A DNA stretch of 64,000 nucleotides from Acidobacteriota bacterium (GTDB lineage: Bacteria; Acidobacteriota; UBA6911; RPQK01; JAJDTT01): contig OZ242374.1 in the NCBI GenBank assembly GCA_965209055.1, positions 1,696,001 to 1,760,000 on the forward strand. Direction: 5' to 3'. The position numbers and the translations under genes were made by a program. The notes beneath the pieces are model-generated. The model saw nothing but the letters and a program-made list of their open reading frames with translations, did no database searches and was not told the origin of the DNA. Position 1 is the stretch's first letter; each line of letters starts with the position of its first letter. Below, piece after piece: positions 39,811-53,129 of the stretch.

Positions 39811-41099
39811 CCCAGGTCTATATTCGAGACGTTCCGTCCCACGTGGGCCGCGAGGTCAGCATCAAGGGCTGGCTCTACAACAAGACCCACAAGGGACGAT
39901 TGTGGTTCCTCCTGGTCCGGGACGGTACCGGCGTGATTCAGTCGGTCCTGTTCAAGGGAAATGTGGCCCGCGAAGTCTTCGATGCCGCCGAGGCTCTGAC
40001 CCAGGAATCCTCCCTGCAGATTACCGGGACGGTCCGGCGGGACAAGCGGGCGCCCGGCGGCTACGAGCTGGACGCCAGCGGGATGGAGGTGGTGCAGATC
40101 GCGCAACGCTACCCCATCACGCCCAAGGAGCACGGGACCTCCTTCCTCATGGACCACCGGCATCTCTGGCTGCGGTCGTCCCGGCAGCACGCGATCCTGC
40201 GGATACGGCATCAGTTGATCAAGGCCGCCCGCGACTTCTTCGACGAGCGGGGATTCGTGCTGGTGGACACGCCGATCCTGACTCCCGTCGCGTGCGAAGG
40301 GACGACGAATCTCTTTCCGGTGAAGTACTTCGACACCCCGGCCTACCTGAGCCAGAGCGGGCAACTGTACAGCGAGGCCTCCTGCATGTCCTTCGGCAAG
40401 GTCTACTGCTTCGGCCCCACCTTCCGCGCCGAGAAGTCCAAGACCCGCCGGCACCTGATGGAGTTCTGGATGGTGGAGCCGGAAGTGGCCTACGCCGATC
40501 TGGACGACATCATGGTCCTGGCCGAGGAGTTCGTCTCCTACCTGGTGGCCGAAGCCCTGAGGGAAGGGGAGGAGGAACTGTCGATCCTGGGCCGCGACAC
40601 GGGACCGCTGAAGAAGGTGACACCTCCGTTTCCCAGGCTCACCTACGCCGAAGCCTTCGATCTGCTGGAGCGGGAGGGCAGCGAGACGCCCCGGGGAGCG
40701 GACCTGGGGGGAACCGACGAGACCATCGTCTCCTCCCAGTTCGACCGGCCGGTCATGGTTCACCGCTATCCCGCCGCCGTCAAGGGTTTCTACATGGAAC
40801 CGGATCCGGAGAACCCCGACCTGGCGCTCTGCATGGACATGCTGGCGCCGGAGGGATACGGGGAGATCATCGGGGGAAGCCAGCGGATCCACGACTACGA
40901 ACTCCTGATGGAAAGGGTGCGGGAGCACGACCTCCCCGTGGAACCACTCTCCTGGTACCTGGATTTGCGGAAATACGGCAGCGTGCCCCACTCCGGGTTC
41001 GGCCTGGGAATCGAACGGGTCCTCTCCTGGATCTGCGGGATTCCCCACGTCCGGGAGACCATTCCCTTTCCCAGGATGCTCCACCGGCTGTTCCCTTGA
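39804..41099 (+). CDS. asnS: Asparagine--tRNA ligase
   Basis: [42 protein letters not shown]. Confidence 0.95.
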   Translation: MLTQVYIRDVPSHVGREVSIKGWLYNKTHKGRLWFLLVRDGTGVIQSVLFKGNVAREVFDAAEALTQESSLQITGTVRRDKRAPGGYELDASGMEVVQIAQRYPITPKEHGTSFLMDHRHLWLRSSRQHAILRIRHQLIKAARDFFDERGFVLVDTPILTPVACEGTTNLFPVKYFDTPAYLSQSGQLYSEASCMSFGKVYCFGPTFRAEKSKTRRHLMEFWMVEPEVAYADLDDIMVLAEEFVSYLVAEALREGEEELSILGRDTGPLKKVTPPFPRLTYAEAFDLLEREGSETPRGADLGGTDETIVSSQFDRPVMVHRYPAAVKGFYMEPDPENPDLALCMDMLAPEGYGEIIGGSQRIHDYELLMERVREHDLPVEPLSWYLDLRKYGSVPHSGFGLGIERVLSWICGIPHVRETIPFPRMLHRLFP

Positions 41100-41187
41100 C
41101 CCGCATTGTTCTGCGATGAGCGGCTCCTTGCCCCGGGATGGAGACGCGGCCCTTTCAATTGGTATGATTCATCTACCGAGGGAACTC

Positions 41188-42144
41188 ATGGAGACCCGTC
41201 TGCTGGACGGCAAGAAGGTCGCCGCCCGGATCAAGAGTGAACTGTCGCAGGAGATCCGGACGCTGACGTCGGGCGGCGTGGTTCCGGGTCTGGCCACGGT
41301 CCTGGTGGGGGACAATCCGGCCTCGCGCTTCTACGTGGCCAGCAAGACCCGGGCCTGCCGGGAGTTGGGAATGCATTCGAAAGCGGTGGAGCTCCCGGCG
41401 GAGACCACCACCGAAGAGTTGCTGGCGGTCGTCCAAAGGCTCAACGAAACGGACCGGATCGACGCTATCCTGGTGCAGATGCCCCTGCCCTCCCACATCG
41501 ACACCGAGCGCACGCTGATGGCGGTTCGGCCGGACAAGGACGTGGACGGGTTCCACCCGGTGAATACGGGGAGACTCTGCTCCGGAAACCCGGGCCTGGT
41601 GCCCTGTACGCCGCAGGGAATCATGGAGTTGCTGTTCCGCGAGGGGATTCCCCTCCGGGGGGCCGAGGCGGTGGTGGTGGGAAGGAGCAATATCGTGGGC
41701 AAGCCCATGTTTTTTCTGCTGCTCCAGGAACATGCCACGGTCACCGTCTGCCATTCCCGGACCCGGGACCTGCCCCAGGTCTGCCGCCGCGCCGATATTC
41801 TGGTCGTCGCGGTGGGCCGGCCGGCTCTGCTCACGCGGGACTACATCAAGAAGGGCGCCGTCGTCGTCGACGTGGGAGTCAACCTGCTCCGGGACCGGGA
41901 CGAGGTCATTCGCCTTTTCGGCGATGGTTCGCGCAAACTGGCGGCGTTCGACAAGAGGGGCTCGGTGCTGGTGGGCGACGTCCACCCCCAGGCCGCGCCG
42001 GGATGGGCCGCGGCGGTGACGCCGGTGCCGGGAGGCGTCGGCCCCTTGACCATCGCGCTTTTGATGAAGAATACGGTTCGAGCCTGCCGGCAACGACGCG
42101 GGAAAACCGGTACGGTCTCTAAATCGATCGTGGGGGAATCATGA
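41188..42144 (+). CDS. folD: Methylenetetrahydrofolate dehydrogenase/cyclohydrolase
   Basis: KDVDGFHP, PCTP, GRSNIVGKP, TPVPGGVGPLT. Confidence 0.95.
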   Translation: METRLLDGKKVAARIKSELSQEIRTLTSGGVVPGLATVLVGDNPASRFYVASKTRACRELGMHSKAVELPAETTTEELLAVVQRLNETDRIDAILVQMPLPSHIDTERTLMAVRPDKDVDGFHPVNTGRLCSGNPGLVPCTPQGIMELLFREGIPLRGAEAVVVGRSNIVGKPMFFLLLQEHATVTVCHSRTRDLPQVCRRADILVVAVGRPALLTRDYIKKGAVVVDVGVNLLRDRDEVIRLFGDGSRKLAAFDKRGSVLVGDVHPQAAPGWAAAVTPVPGGVGPLTIALLMKNTVRACRQRRGKTGTVSKSIVGES

Positions 42145-43112
42145 ACGAATTCAGGAAGACCATCGGACTTTGGGTCATCGCCGCTTGCCTGCCGTTTCTG
42201 GCCGCCTCGTCGGTTCAGGTGAGTCAGGTCAAGAAGGTCAAAGTCGGCAAGGCGCCCAACTTCTCCGTCCTGGGCGAAGACGGGCGTTACCTCTTCGTGA
42301 CCAACTTCGCCTCGGACGAGGTCTCCATCGTGAACACCGTCACCAACCGGGAGGAAAGGACCTTCTACGCCGGCTTCAAACCGCTGGGAATCGCCATTTC
42401 TCCCAGCGGCGACCGGATCTACGTCACCAACTTCCAGTCGGGTCTTGTGAAGGTGGTGGACGGAAGGACCTACCGGATCACCGATGACATCAAGGTGGGC
42501 GGGATGCCCACGGACGTGGTGGTGTCTCCCCGGGGGCACACGATCTACGTGGCCAATTACGGCCGGGGCCGCATCGGACGGGTCGACTTCATCGATACGG
42601 CTTCCCACCGGGTCACCAAGTCGGTGGAAGTGGGCGTGCGCCCGCTGGTGGCCGCCATCTCTCCCCTGGGCGAGCAGTTGTACATTCCTTGTGCCGGCTC
42701 CAACGACCTCTATGTGATCGACGCCAACGAAGGCCGCGTGATCAAGGAGATCCCGGTCGGGATCGGTCCCGACGGCATCGTCCTGACACCCGACGGCGAA
42801 CGCCTGCTGGTGGCCAACAGCGGGACCAACGACCTTTCGGTGGTGGACCTGCTCGACATCGAGGAGACACGCCGGGTTCGGGTGGGCGAGCAACCCTTCT
42901 CCCTGACCGTGAACGACCAGGGCTACGTCTTCGTGGTGGAGAGCGGGAGCCGTACGATATCCATACTGAGTCCCGAGCTGAACAAGGTACGGACCGTCGA
43001 AGTCGGGAAGAAACCCATCGACATACAGGTTTCACCCGACGGCCGCTTCGTCTACGTGACGGACGAGAAAGAAAATCGGGTCATGGTGCTGCGAGTCTCC
43101 GGACTGGGTTGA
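42141..43112 (+). CDS. YVTN/YncE beta-propeller protein
   Basis: Repeated YVTN/YVAN and VGxxP motifs; signal peptide. Confidence 0.85.
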   Translation: MNEFRKTIGLWVIAACLPFLAASSVQVSQVKKVKVGKAPNFSVLGEDGRYLFVTNFASDEVSIVNTVTNREERTFYAGFKPLGIAISPSGDRIYVTNFQSGLVKVVDGRTYRITDDIKVGGMPTDVVVSPRGHTIYVANYGRGRIGRVDFIDTASHRVTKSVEVGVRPLVAAISPLGEQLYIPCAGSNDLYVIDANEGRVIKEIPVGIGPDGIVLTPDGERLLVANSGTNDLSVVDLLDIEETRRVRVGEQPFSLTVNDQGYVFVVESGSRTISILSPELNKVRTVEVGKKPIDIQVSPDGRFVYVTDEKENRVMVLRVSGLG

Positions 43113-43215
43113 GGCTCCGGCGCGGCTCGAGTGGCCCGCGCAGCCGGTGGAATCTGCACTTTCACCCGATTCGGAGACGATGACCCCGATTTGAGGGATC
43201 CGGGAGGAGGGTGTC

Positions 43216-44448
43216 ATGGGCAACGAGAGACCTGGCAGAGGCTCCGGTGAAGCCAGCCGGCGAAAATTCCTGAGTATCGGCGCGGCGGTCGGCGGCGCTC
43301 TTTTGGCGTGTTCGGACTCGGCGGACACACCCGCCGGGGGCGGGGTGAAACGCACCGGCAAGCCGCCGGATGAGTATGGCGAGCGCTCGCCGTTCGAAAA
43401 GTCCATCCGGAAGGGATCGCTTTCGAAATACCCTGAAGCCGGCTCCACGCGGACGCCGCTCCAGGACTCGCACGGGATCATCACGCCCTCCTCGCTGCAC
43501 TTCGAACGCCATCACGCGGGAGTTCCCCTGATCGATCCCGCCGAACACCTCCTGTTGATTCACGGCCTGGTGGAACGTCCGTTGATTCTCACCATGGACG
43601 AGTTGAAGACCTTCCCGTCGGTGTCGCGGATCCATTTCATCGAGTGTTCCGGCAACAGCCGCGGCGAATGGAAACCGAAGAAGGGCTCCACCGCACAGAT
43701 CAGCCACGGCATGGCGAGCTGCAGCGAGTGGACGGGAGTTCTGCTGTCGGTCCTGTTGGATGAGGTCGGCGTGAAGCCCGAAGCCATCTGGCTCATCGCG
43801 GAAGGAGCCGACGCCTGCAAGATGCACCGCAGCCTGCCGCTCGACAAGTGCCGCGACGACGTGATCCTCGCCTACGGGCAGAACGGAGAGGCGATCCGTC
43901 CGGAGCAGGGGTACCCGCTACGTCTGGTGGTGCCCGGTCACGAGGGGAACATCAACGTCAAATGGGTCCGGCGGCTGATGTTGGCGGACCAGCCTGCGAT
44001 GGGACGGGAAGAGACGTCGAAGTACACGGACGTTCTGGCCAACGGCAAGGCCCGGCAGTTCAGCCTTACGATGGAGGCCAAATCGGTGATCACGCGCCCC
44101 TCCGGAGGGCAGAAGTTGGCGGGACAGGGAATCGTCGAGATTACCGGGCTGGCCTGGTCGGGCCGGGGATTGATCGAGCGGGTGGAGGTTTCCACCGACA
44201 ACGGAGCGACGTGGACCGACGCAGCCTTGCAGGAACCGCGTCACCGGATCGCATTCACCCGCTTTCGTCTGCCCTGGACCTGGGACGGCACACCGGCGGT
44301 GATCCTTTCCCGGGCCACGGACGAGACGGGTTACGTCCAACCGACCGTGGAAGCTCTGATGGAGGTGCGAGGCCCGAACTCCGACTACCACAACAACGGG
44401 ATCAAGTCCTGGAAGATCGCCGCCGACGGGAGTGTGACCCATGTCTGA
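43216..44448 (+). CDS. soxC: Sulfite dehydrogenase molybdopterin subunit
   Basis: Tat signal, GIITPSSLHFERHH.G, IECSGN, QNGEAIRPEQGYPLRL. Confidence 0.88.
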   Translation: MGNERPGRGSGEASRRKFLSIGAAVGGALLACSDSADTPAGGGVKRTGKPPDEYGERSPFEKSIRKGSLSKYPEAGSTRTPLQDSHGIITPSSLHFERHHAGVPLIDPAEHLLLIHGLVERPLILTMDELKTFPSVSRIHFIECSGNSRGEWKPKKGSTAQISHGMASCSEWTGVLLSVLLDEVGVKPEAIWLIAEGADACKMHRSLPLDKCRDDVILAYGQNGEAIRPEQGYPLRLVVPGHEGNINVKWVRRLMLADQPAMGREETSKYTDVLANGKARQFSLTMEAKSVITRPSGGQKLAGQGIVEITGLAWSGRGLIERVEVSTDNGATWTDAALQEPRHRIAFTRFRLPWTWDGTPAVILSRATDETGYVQPTVEALMEVRGPNSDYHNNGIKSWKIAADGSVTHV

Positions 44449-44998
44449 TCGCGGCAGAGGATTCTGGCCGGTGTTCGTCCTGGCCGGTCTGTTGGTGAGC
44501 GCCGGCGCCGCCCAGTCGCCGACGTACAAGGTCGGGCGCACACCGACGGCGGACGAGGTCAAGGCCCTGAGCATTACGATATTTCCGGACGGAACGGGAC
44601 TTCCTGACGGCAGCGGCACCGCCGCCGAGGGCAAGGAAGTCTATGCCCGCCGGTGCTCGGAATGCCACGGCACCACGGGCCAGGGCGGGGAGTCGTCGGC
44701 GCTGGTGGGCGGGCAAGGAAGCCTCGCGACCGCCAAGCCCTTGAAGACGGTCGGCAGCTATTGGCCCTACGCGACGACGCTGTGGGACTACGTGAACCGC
44801 ACCATGCCTTTCCACAATCCGGGCATCCTGACCGACGACCAAGTCTATGCCGTCGTGGCGTACGTTCTACACCTGAACGAAATCGTGGCCGAGAACGAAG
44901 AGATGAACCGGCGGACGCTCCCCGGCGTCCGGATGCCGAACCGGGACGGATTCGTAAACGACGACCGCCCCGACGTCGGCCCCGAATCTGAGAAGTAA
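44441..44998 (+). CDS. Cytochrome c (SoxD-like, single CxxCH)
   Basis: CSECHG, KTVGSYWPYATTLWDY, MPNRDGF. Confidence 0.8.
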   Translation: MSDRGRGFWPVFVLAGLLVSAGAAQSPTYKVGRTPTADEVKALSITIFPDGTGLPDGSGTAAEGKEVYARRCSECHGTTGQGGESSALVGGQGSLATAKPLKTVGSYWPYATTLWDYVNRTMPFHNPGILTDDQVYAVVAYVLHLNEIVAENEEMNRRTLPGVRMPNRDGFVNDDRPDVGPESEK

Positions 44999-45013
44999 GC
45001 GATCTCCCCCCCC

Positions 45014-45128
45014 GGATAACAAGGGACAGTCTCGATTCCGTACGTACGATTCCGTAACAAGGCGGATAACAAGGATAACAAGGGACAGTCTCGATCTTGC
45101 GCAAGGGATAACAAAGGACAGTCTCGAT
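45014..45128 (+). repeat. Three copies of GGATAACAA(G/A)GGACAGTCTCGAT downstream of the RAYT gene
   Basis: Copies at 45014, 45073 and 45106. Confidence 0.85.
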
Positions 45129-45332
45129 TCCGGACTGGAACCGGAACGAGTCATGACGCCATAAGAAGCCTGTCCGGAAGCGGAGCAGTGACTATTTGCA
45201 CATGGGTGGAACTCCGGAGGACCACCCACACGCTACGGGGAGAAATTCAGTCTGGTGGGCGGTTCCACCGATCTGGGTCGTTCGGGCCCGGGTCCCGCAG
45301 CGGCAGATGCGACGGTCGGAGCCCAGGTGAGT

Positions 45333-46268
45333 CTACGTGACAAACGCGTTTGAGCGTTGCTCTCGCAGGGAATACAGCACTCCGTCCAGTTGGGGGATGG
45401 GGTGTCGGCGACGTCGATATCGACCTTGCTGCCGATATGCCTCCAGCAGCTGCGCCACCTTCTCCGCCGGCCCGACGGCTATTCCGTCCGTCAGGAATCG
45501 CAAACGCCGACGAAAAGCTCCGGCGCGGGTAAAGCCACGGCGCTGCTCCTGCAGGACAACCCACCCGGGGATCGCCGCCTGGTTGTCCCGGGTGGGGACG
45601 GCGCCTCGATAGTACAAGCGAGCCCGGTAACTGCCGTAGACATCGGTTCCCGGAGCCGGCGGGAACAGTTCCTCCAAGGGGATCAGGTCCTGATCCTGGC
45701 CGGTGACTCTCCAGCGGGCCGAGCCCCACTTCCACTGCTCGGGCCGGTTGACCATTCCGGCCCGGACGGCATTGAGTTCCACGTATAGGACGGCGTCCTG
45801 CACGGCTTCAAGTCCCATTAGCTCCGGGTTCTTGAACCGGTCACCCCACAAGTGGCCCCGCCGTCGAAACGTGCGGTTGTACCACCGGGCATAGAACCCG
45901 CCCACGTTCGCCATCAGTTTGGACACGTCAAAGAGACGCTCATTGAACGTCTTCCAATCGGCGTCGGTCCAATCGGCGGTATTTTTCTCGGTCTTTCGTC
46001 CATAAAGCTTGTGGGCGCTCTCCTTCAACTCCTGTCGGGACAAGGGGCGGGGTTTTTCAAAATGGACGATGAAGTGGTAATGGTTGCCCATGATCTGGAA
46101 AGCGGCCAGACGGCACCGGTAGGCGTTGACGTAGAACAAAATCATGTCCAGGAGTTTCTGACGGGCTTGCGGGTCTTCGAAGGGGAACCAATCGGGCGAG
46201 CCGGCGACACGATTGGTGATGTGGTAGAAGGCGGCGTCCGTGCTCTTGTGTCGTGCGGTTCGGGCCAT
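45333..46268 (-). CDS. REP-associated tyrosine transposase (RAYT-like, Y1 HUH)
   Basis: YHITNR, MGNHYH, GHLWGDRFK, YVELNAVRAGMV...WKWGS. Confidence 0.8.
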   Translation of the reverse strand: MARTARHKSTDAAFYHITNRVAGSPDWFPFEDPQARQKLLDMILFYVNAYRCRLAAFQIMGNHYHFIVHFEKPRPLSRQELKESAHKLYGRKTEKNTADWTDADWKTFNERLFDVSKLMANVGGFYARWYNRTFRRRGHLWGDRFKNPELMGLEAVQDAVLYVELNAVRAGMVNRPEQWKWGSARWRVTGQDQDLIPLEELFPPAPGTDVYGSYRARLYYRGAVPTRDNQAAIPGWVVLQEQRRGFTRAGAFRRRLRFLTDGIAVGPAEKVAQLLEAYRQQGRYRRRRHPIPQLDGVLYSLREQRSNAFVT

Positions 46269-46370
46269 GGCTACGGTCTTCGGTCAAGCGGACTTGAGGG
46301 GGAGACGTTTTGTGCCCCTGATGACAACAACGATTCAGAATTGGAAACGGCGAAGGAAACTGGGAAAAAA

Positions 46371-46415
46371 CAGACTGTCCCCTTCTGGAAGAAGCAGACT
46401 GTCCCCTTCTGGAAG
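46371..46415 (-). repeat. 24-bp-period tandem repeat carrying the same core, inverted relative to 45014-45128
   Basis: CAGACTGTCCCCTTCTGGAAG twice. Confidence 0.8.
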
Positions 46416-46488
46416 GAACAGGAGAACCTCGGCATCAGGACGATGCCCGCTCTTATCTCTCTTCTCCCGGGTCATCTCTTCTCCCGGG

Positions 46489-47472
46489 TCAATCCTCCTG
46501 CGCGACGGCGGCTGCCTCCAGATCGATTTCCTCCTGCTTGCGAATCGAGTAGTAGACGATCCCCGGCAGGGACGACAACATCATCACCACGAAACCGAGC
46601 AGGGACAGAGTTACGGACATCTCGGCCGGAACTCCCGCCTGGGAGAAGAGCAGATAGTAGGCGCTCTCGCGAAGACCGATCCCGTTGATGGTGAGAGGCA
46701 CCATGATGGTCAGGTTGATCAAAGGCACGAAGACCATGAAGAGTGAGAATGGAGCTTCGATCCCGATTCCCTGGGCCGTCACCCAGACCACCGCCACCGC
46801 CCCGGCCTGGATGGGAAGCGACACCACGGCGACAGAGGCCATCTTGCCCGAATTCCGCTTCAGGGCGTCCAGGCCCTGGTAGACGAGCTCCATTTTCCGG
46901 GTCAGGGAATGGAAGCCGAACCTCTGCACCATGCAGGTCATCCGGCCGTGGGTCCAAGAGTGGAACAGCATCACGTTGGCCACGGCATACACGGCGCACG
47001 CGGCAAGGAAAATATGGAGGGACGAAAGTCCGGCGATCTGTTGGGGGACGACGAGGGAGGCGGCGAGACCGATGAGCAACAGGCCGCAGAGGCCACCGTT
47101 GCGTTCCAGCATGCTGGTGGTGAGAGTCGTGGACATGCCTCGACCCGTACCCTTGGACAGATAGTAGGCGCGAAAGACATCTCCGCCGATGGCCGAGGGC
47201 AGGAACAGGTTGAAGAAGGCGCCGATGAAGACGAGCTTGGTGAGCGGATACCAACGCTGGCAGATGTTGAAATTCTCGAGAACGATTCTCCAACGGAACG
47301 CCGAAAGCAACAGTGTGAGGATCTGAATCGAAACCGCCAGCAGCAGGAATTCGGGACGGGCGCCGGCTACGACGTGGAGCAACCGGGTCAGGTCCAGGCG
47401 GCTCAGAACCAGACCCAGAAAGGAAAAGCTCAGGATCAGCTTCAGGATCAGCTTGACCCGAGCTTGCGGCAA
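46489..47472 (-). CDS. Lysylphosphatidylglycerol synthase TM / flippase-like protein (start uncertain)
   Basis: RW, FFNLFLPSAIGGDVFR, PLTINGIGLRE; multiple TM helices. Confidence 0.75.
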   Translation of the reverse strand: MPQARVKLILKLILSFSFLGLVLSRLDLTRLLHVVAGARPEFLLLAVSIQILTLLLSAFRWRIVLENFNICQRWYPLTKLVFIGAFFNLFLPSAIGGDVFRAYYLSKGTGRGMSTTLTTSMLERNGGLCGLLLIGLAASLVVPQQIAGLSSLHIFLAACAVYAVANVMLFHSWTHGRMTCMVQRFGFHSLTRKMELVYQGLDALKRNSGKMASVAVVSLPIQAGAVAVVWVTAQGIGIEAPFSLFMVFVPLINLTIMVPLTINGIGLRESAYYLLFSQAGVPAEMSVTLSLLGFVVMMLSSLPGIVYYSIRKQEEIDLEAAAVAQED

Positions 47473-47480
47473 CCTTGAAG

Positions 47481-50174
<2,694 letters not shown>

Positions 50175-50236
50175 GTCTCCTCGTAGTCTATCACGCGGAT
50201 ATCAGCGGACCGGTTTTTCGCATCGTGGAAAACCGC

Positions 50237-52891
50237 TCACAGCGATTTCGCTCCGAAGCCCTCCAGGGTCCAGCCCACAACCCATCGGGAATGGTTGTCG
50301 TGCCCGGAAGCTGCGTTGTCGGCATCGACGGGGGCCACCGACTCGAGATTGGACTCCCGGAGAAATTCTTCCATCTGCGAACGATGCCCATACATGGCCA
50401 CCAGGAAGCGAATGGGATCGACCTGGGCCAGCAGTTCGGTCTCATAGGCGTCGATGCCGTCGGCGCCCCCCTTGATCAGTCCTAACGCCCGTTTCAGGCC
50501 AGGCACGAGATTGGTCAGACCGGCGCCGCCCCGGGGAACCAGGAGGCTGCCGTCCTGCGCATTGACGTGGGTCCAGGAGTGGGTCCCGCCGGCGCCGATG
50601 TAGGCCGAGGCGCCCATGCCTGCCACGATGGGAATCCCATAGAGGCGTCCCAGATCCAGATAGGGACAGATATCCTGGCCGGCCTGCCCCCTGAGGTCCT
50701 GCAGCGGGTCGAGCTGGACCTGGTCGACAAGCTTCTCGCGGCACCAGCGCTCCACGTCCAGACCCTGCGCCAGGTTGTGGAACAGACCCGCCGCCGGGAT
50801 GCGCACGGCCACGGGAACGGTCCGATCGAGGGCGGCGAGTCCGGCCTTCAGGTCGCGCAGCACCTGGGTGAAGAAGTCCGCCCGCCAGCGGACCCAATCG
50901 CGGTAGGGCCGTCCGGCGGAGACGTCGATCTTTCTGGGGTCCACCCCGGTCGCCTTTCGATAAGCCGCGACCATCTCAGGGTTGTAAAGGAGCATGGGGA
51001 CCTGGCGGTCGCATCCCACCAACAGGCCGTCCGCCCCCCGCTCGGCCACCTCCAGCAGGATATCGACCCGTTCCTTCCGGACCTGGGGGAAGTAGTAGCT
51101 CAATCCCCTGGAGTCGGAACCGTCCTTGGCGATCCTCCACCATTGCTGATGCCGCCGGTAAAACTCGCTGGCGAATATGCCTCCGTAGCGGTCGGCGCCA
51201 TAGTGGCGCTGCATGGCCAGCCAGGGCCAGACCTGCGCGCGGCAGTCTTCCCGGGTCCCGTTGACCTGGGTCAAGGCATCGTATTCGTTGATCATGTGGA
51301 TGCGCCGGCCGTAGTCGTGGGGGGAAAAATCCCGGTTTTGCTTCGCCTCCTCGTAGGAAGCACAGGGGAAACGGGTCGTCCGGGGAAGCCGGCTGTGGTA
51401 CTCGACCCATGACCGGCCCACCGACCAGCCGATGGCCCCGAATCCCAATTCGGACTGTCCGCAGGCGATGCTCCGAAACTGGTCCGGAAGGAGCCGGGCC
51501 CAGACCACGTCGAAGTAACAGGCCCAGTCGTTCACCGCCGACAGCGGCGTTGGCGGCGAAGACATCCGGTTCTTGAGCTTCCGGGCCGATTGGGGCGTGA
51601 CCGGAACCAGCCGCAGGAGGGTGGCCATGCCCCGCTGTTGGCCGGCCTTCTTCCAGTCGAGCCACCTCCCGGGATCGCCGGCAGAGTAGAAACGAATGAC
51701 TTCTCCGGTCAGATCCGCGGCGGTGACGAAGGTCTCCTCCCCCAACTGGGTCGGCGGAGCGTCCCGAATCAACCCTTCCCGGCCCACCTGAACGTGCAGA
51801 CCCGAACCTCCCGTCCCCAGGAAGACGGCATAGGTCCCCTCGACGGGTGGACGAAAGGTCGCGGGAGGGGAGGTGTAGTCCCCTCTCCCCACCAAGGCGA
51901 CGCCCTCATTGGGAAGTGGTTTCCATTCCCAGGATTCCGCGTCGAGGGGACTGTCCCCCCAACGGCCGTGGGCGCGCCGAAAGTTGCGGACCCGGATCTC
52001 GGGACGCCCGGGGTCGATCCGAAGACGCCAAGTGGCCAGGGGGGTGAGCGGGAGACTGTCCGGCGGCCCGGTTCTCCGCCGGTAGTCCAGGGCGGGGCCG
52101 TCCGGCCAGAGCCGCCCACCCACCTTGGGCAAAAACTGCACCCGGTAATTCCCGTCGGGCCAACCCTCGACCGGCACCGGAACCTTCCGAATTCCCTCTT
52201 GGCAAGTCAGCGTCAGCTCCCTGGTCCAGAGGGACTTGCCGGAGGCGTCAAAGATCCTCATCTCGCCCTCGACTCGCTCCGGTCCGGCGCCGGGACGAAC
52301 CTCTGCCAACAGGGAAAGACGATCCTGGTGGAGGAGGACGTCCGGGTGCATCCGAAGCGAGATCAGATTGGCGGAGGCCAGCTTGGGATCGAATACGACC
52401 CGCTCCGGTCCGCCGTCGACGAAACGCAGGGCCTTGACCGGGAGCCCGCCCTCGCCCATCCCCAGCCGTTCGGTCGTCACCTCCCGGCTGAGTTGCTGGC
52501 GGAAAACCCAGGTCTTCGTCCAATCGCGGACTGTCACCTGGAGTTCGATCCGGTAGCCGCGAAAATAGACGGCGCCCGCTTCAAATTCGTAACGGCCGGG
52601 AGCGGTCAGAGGTCCCAGGTCGAAGCTGATCCGGCGCCGGAACGATCGAGTCTCGGTGACGGTCCGGCCGAACGGCAGACGCCGGGTCACCCGTCCCTGG
52701 AACTCCAGGTCTCCAGGCTCGAGAACGGTGAAGCTCAAACGATGGTGGACTCCCGGAACCAGCTGCAACTCCCGGCCGGCCGGATCGAGGTCCACCCCAT
52801 CGAAGGAGAGCTTCACCCCGGCAGGGGTTTCGGCGGCCACGGGAAGTGGGATCAGAATGCACAGAATCGAAAGACGTCTCCAGGTCCTCAT
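50237..52891 (-). CDS. Large secreted hypothetical protein, possibly glycoside-hydrolase-like
   Basis: Signal peptide; C-terminal ...PQVR...ADGL...WVRWRADFFT...QGLDVERW pattern. Confidence 0.5.
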   Translation of the reverse strand: MRTWRRLSILCILIPLPVAAETPAGVKLSFDGVDLDPAGRELQLVPGVHHRLSFTVLEPGDLEFQGRVTRRLPFGRTVTETRSFRRRISFDLGPLTAPGRYEFEAGAVYFRGYRIELQVTVRDWTKTWVFRQQLSREVTTERLGMGEGGLPVKALRFVDGGPERVVFDPKLASANLISLRMHPDVLLHQDRLSLLAEVRPGAGPERVEGEMRIFDASGKSLWTRELTLTCQEGIRKVPVPVEGWPDGNYRVQFLPKVGGRLWPDGPALDYRRRTGPPDSLPLTPLATWRLRIDPGRPEIRVRNFRRAHGRWGDSPLDAESWEWKPLPNEGVALVGRGDYTSPPATFRPPVEGTYAVFLGTGGSGLHVQVGREGLIRDAPPTQLGEETFVTAADLTGEVIRFYSAGDPGRWLDWKKAGQQRGMATLLRLVPVTPQSARKLKNRMSSPPTPLSAVNDWACYFDVVWARLLPDQFRSIACGQSELGFGAIGWSVGRSWVEYHSRLPRTTRFPCASYEEAKQNRDFSPHDYGRRIHMINEYDALTQVNGTREDCRAQVWPWLAMQRHYGADRYGGIFASEFYRRHQQWWRIAKDGSDSRGLSYYFPQVRKERVDILLEVAERGADGLLVGCDRQVPMLLYNPEMVAAYRKATGVDPRKIDVSAGRPYRDWVRWRADFFTQVLRDLKAGLAALDRTVPVAVRIPAAGLFHNLAQGLDVERWCREKLVDQVQLDPLQDLRGQAGQDICPYLDLGRLYGIPIVAGMGASAYIGAGGTHSWTHVNAQDGSLLVPRGGAGLTNLVPGLKRALGLIKGGADGIDAYETELLAQVDPIRFLVAMYGHRSQMEEFLRESNLESVAPVDADNAASGHDNHSRWVVGWTLEGFGAKSL

Positions 52892-53129
52892 CGGTGAGAC
52901 TCCTGTGAAGGTCCGGGCATCGGTCACGCCGTTTTTGTCGGTCCCGGGGATTTCCCCCCGCCGATCCTGACACCCGGCGACGGCTTTTTCCACAGCCCTT
53001 CCACAACCTTTCCTCGCTCGGATCGAGGCGGCGACACAGATATCATGGGAGGGACGGGAAACGTTTCTCGATGGCATGGGACCGTGGCGCACAGGGATGC
53101 CGGCGAGGACCGGACCGGCAAGAGATTCC

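Noticed and set aside
45333-46268. IS200/IS605 element with TnpB and an RNA guide
   Set aside because: No tnpB or iscB is adjacent, and the protein's length and motifs fit the RAYT group better.
52986-53005. DnaA boxes / replication origin
   Set aside because: Only two imperfect TTCCACA matches, with no AT-rich unwinding region or origin-linked genes.
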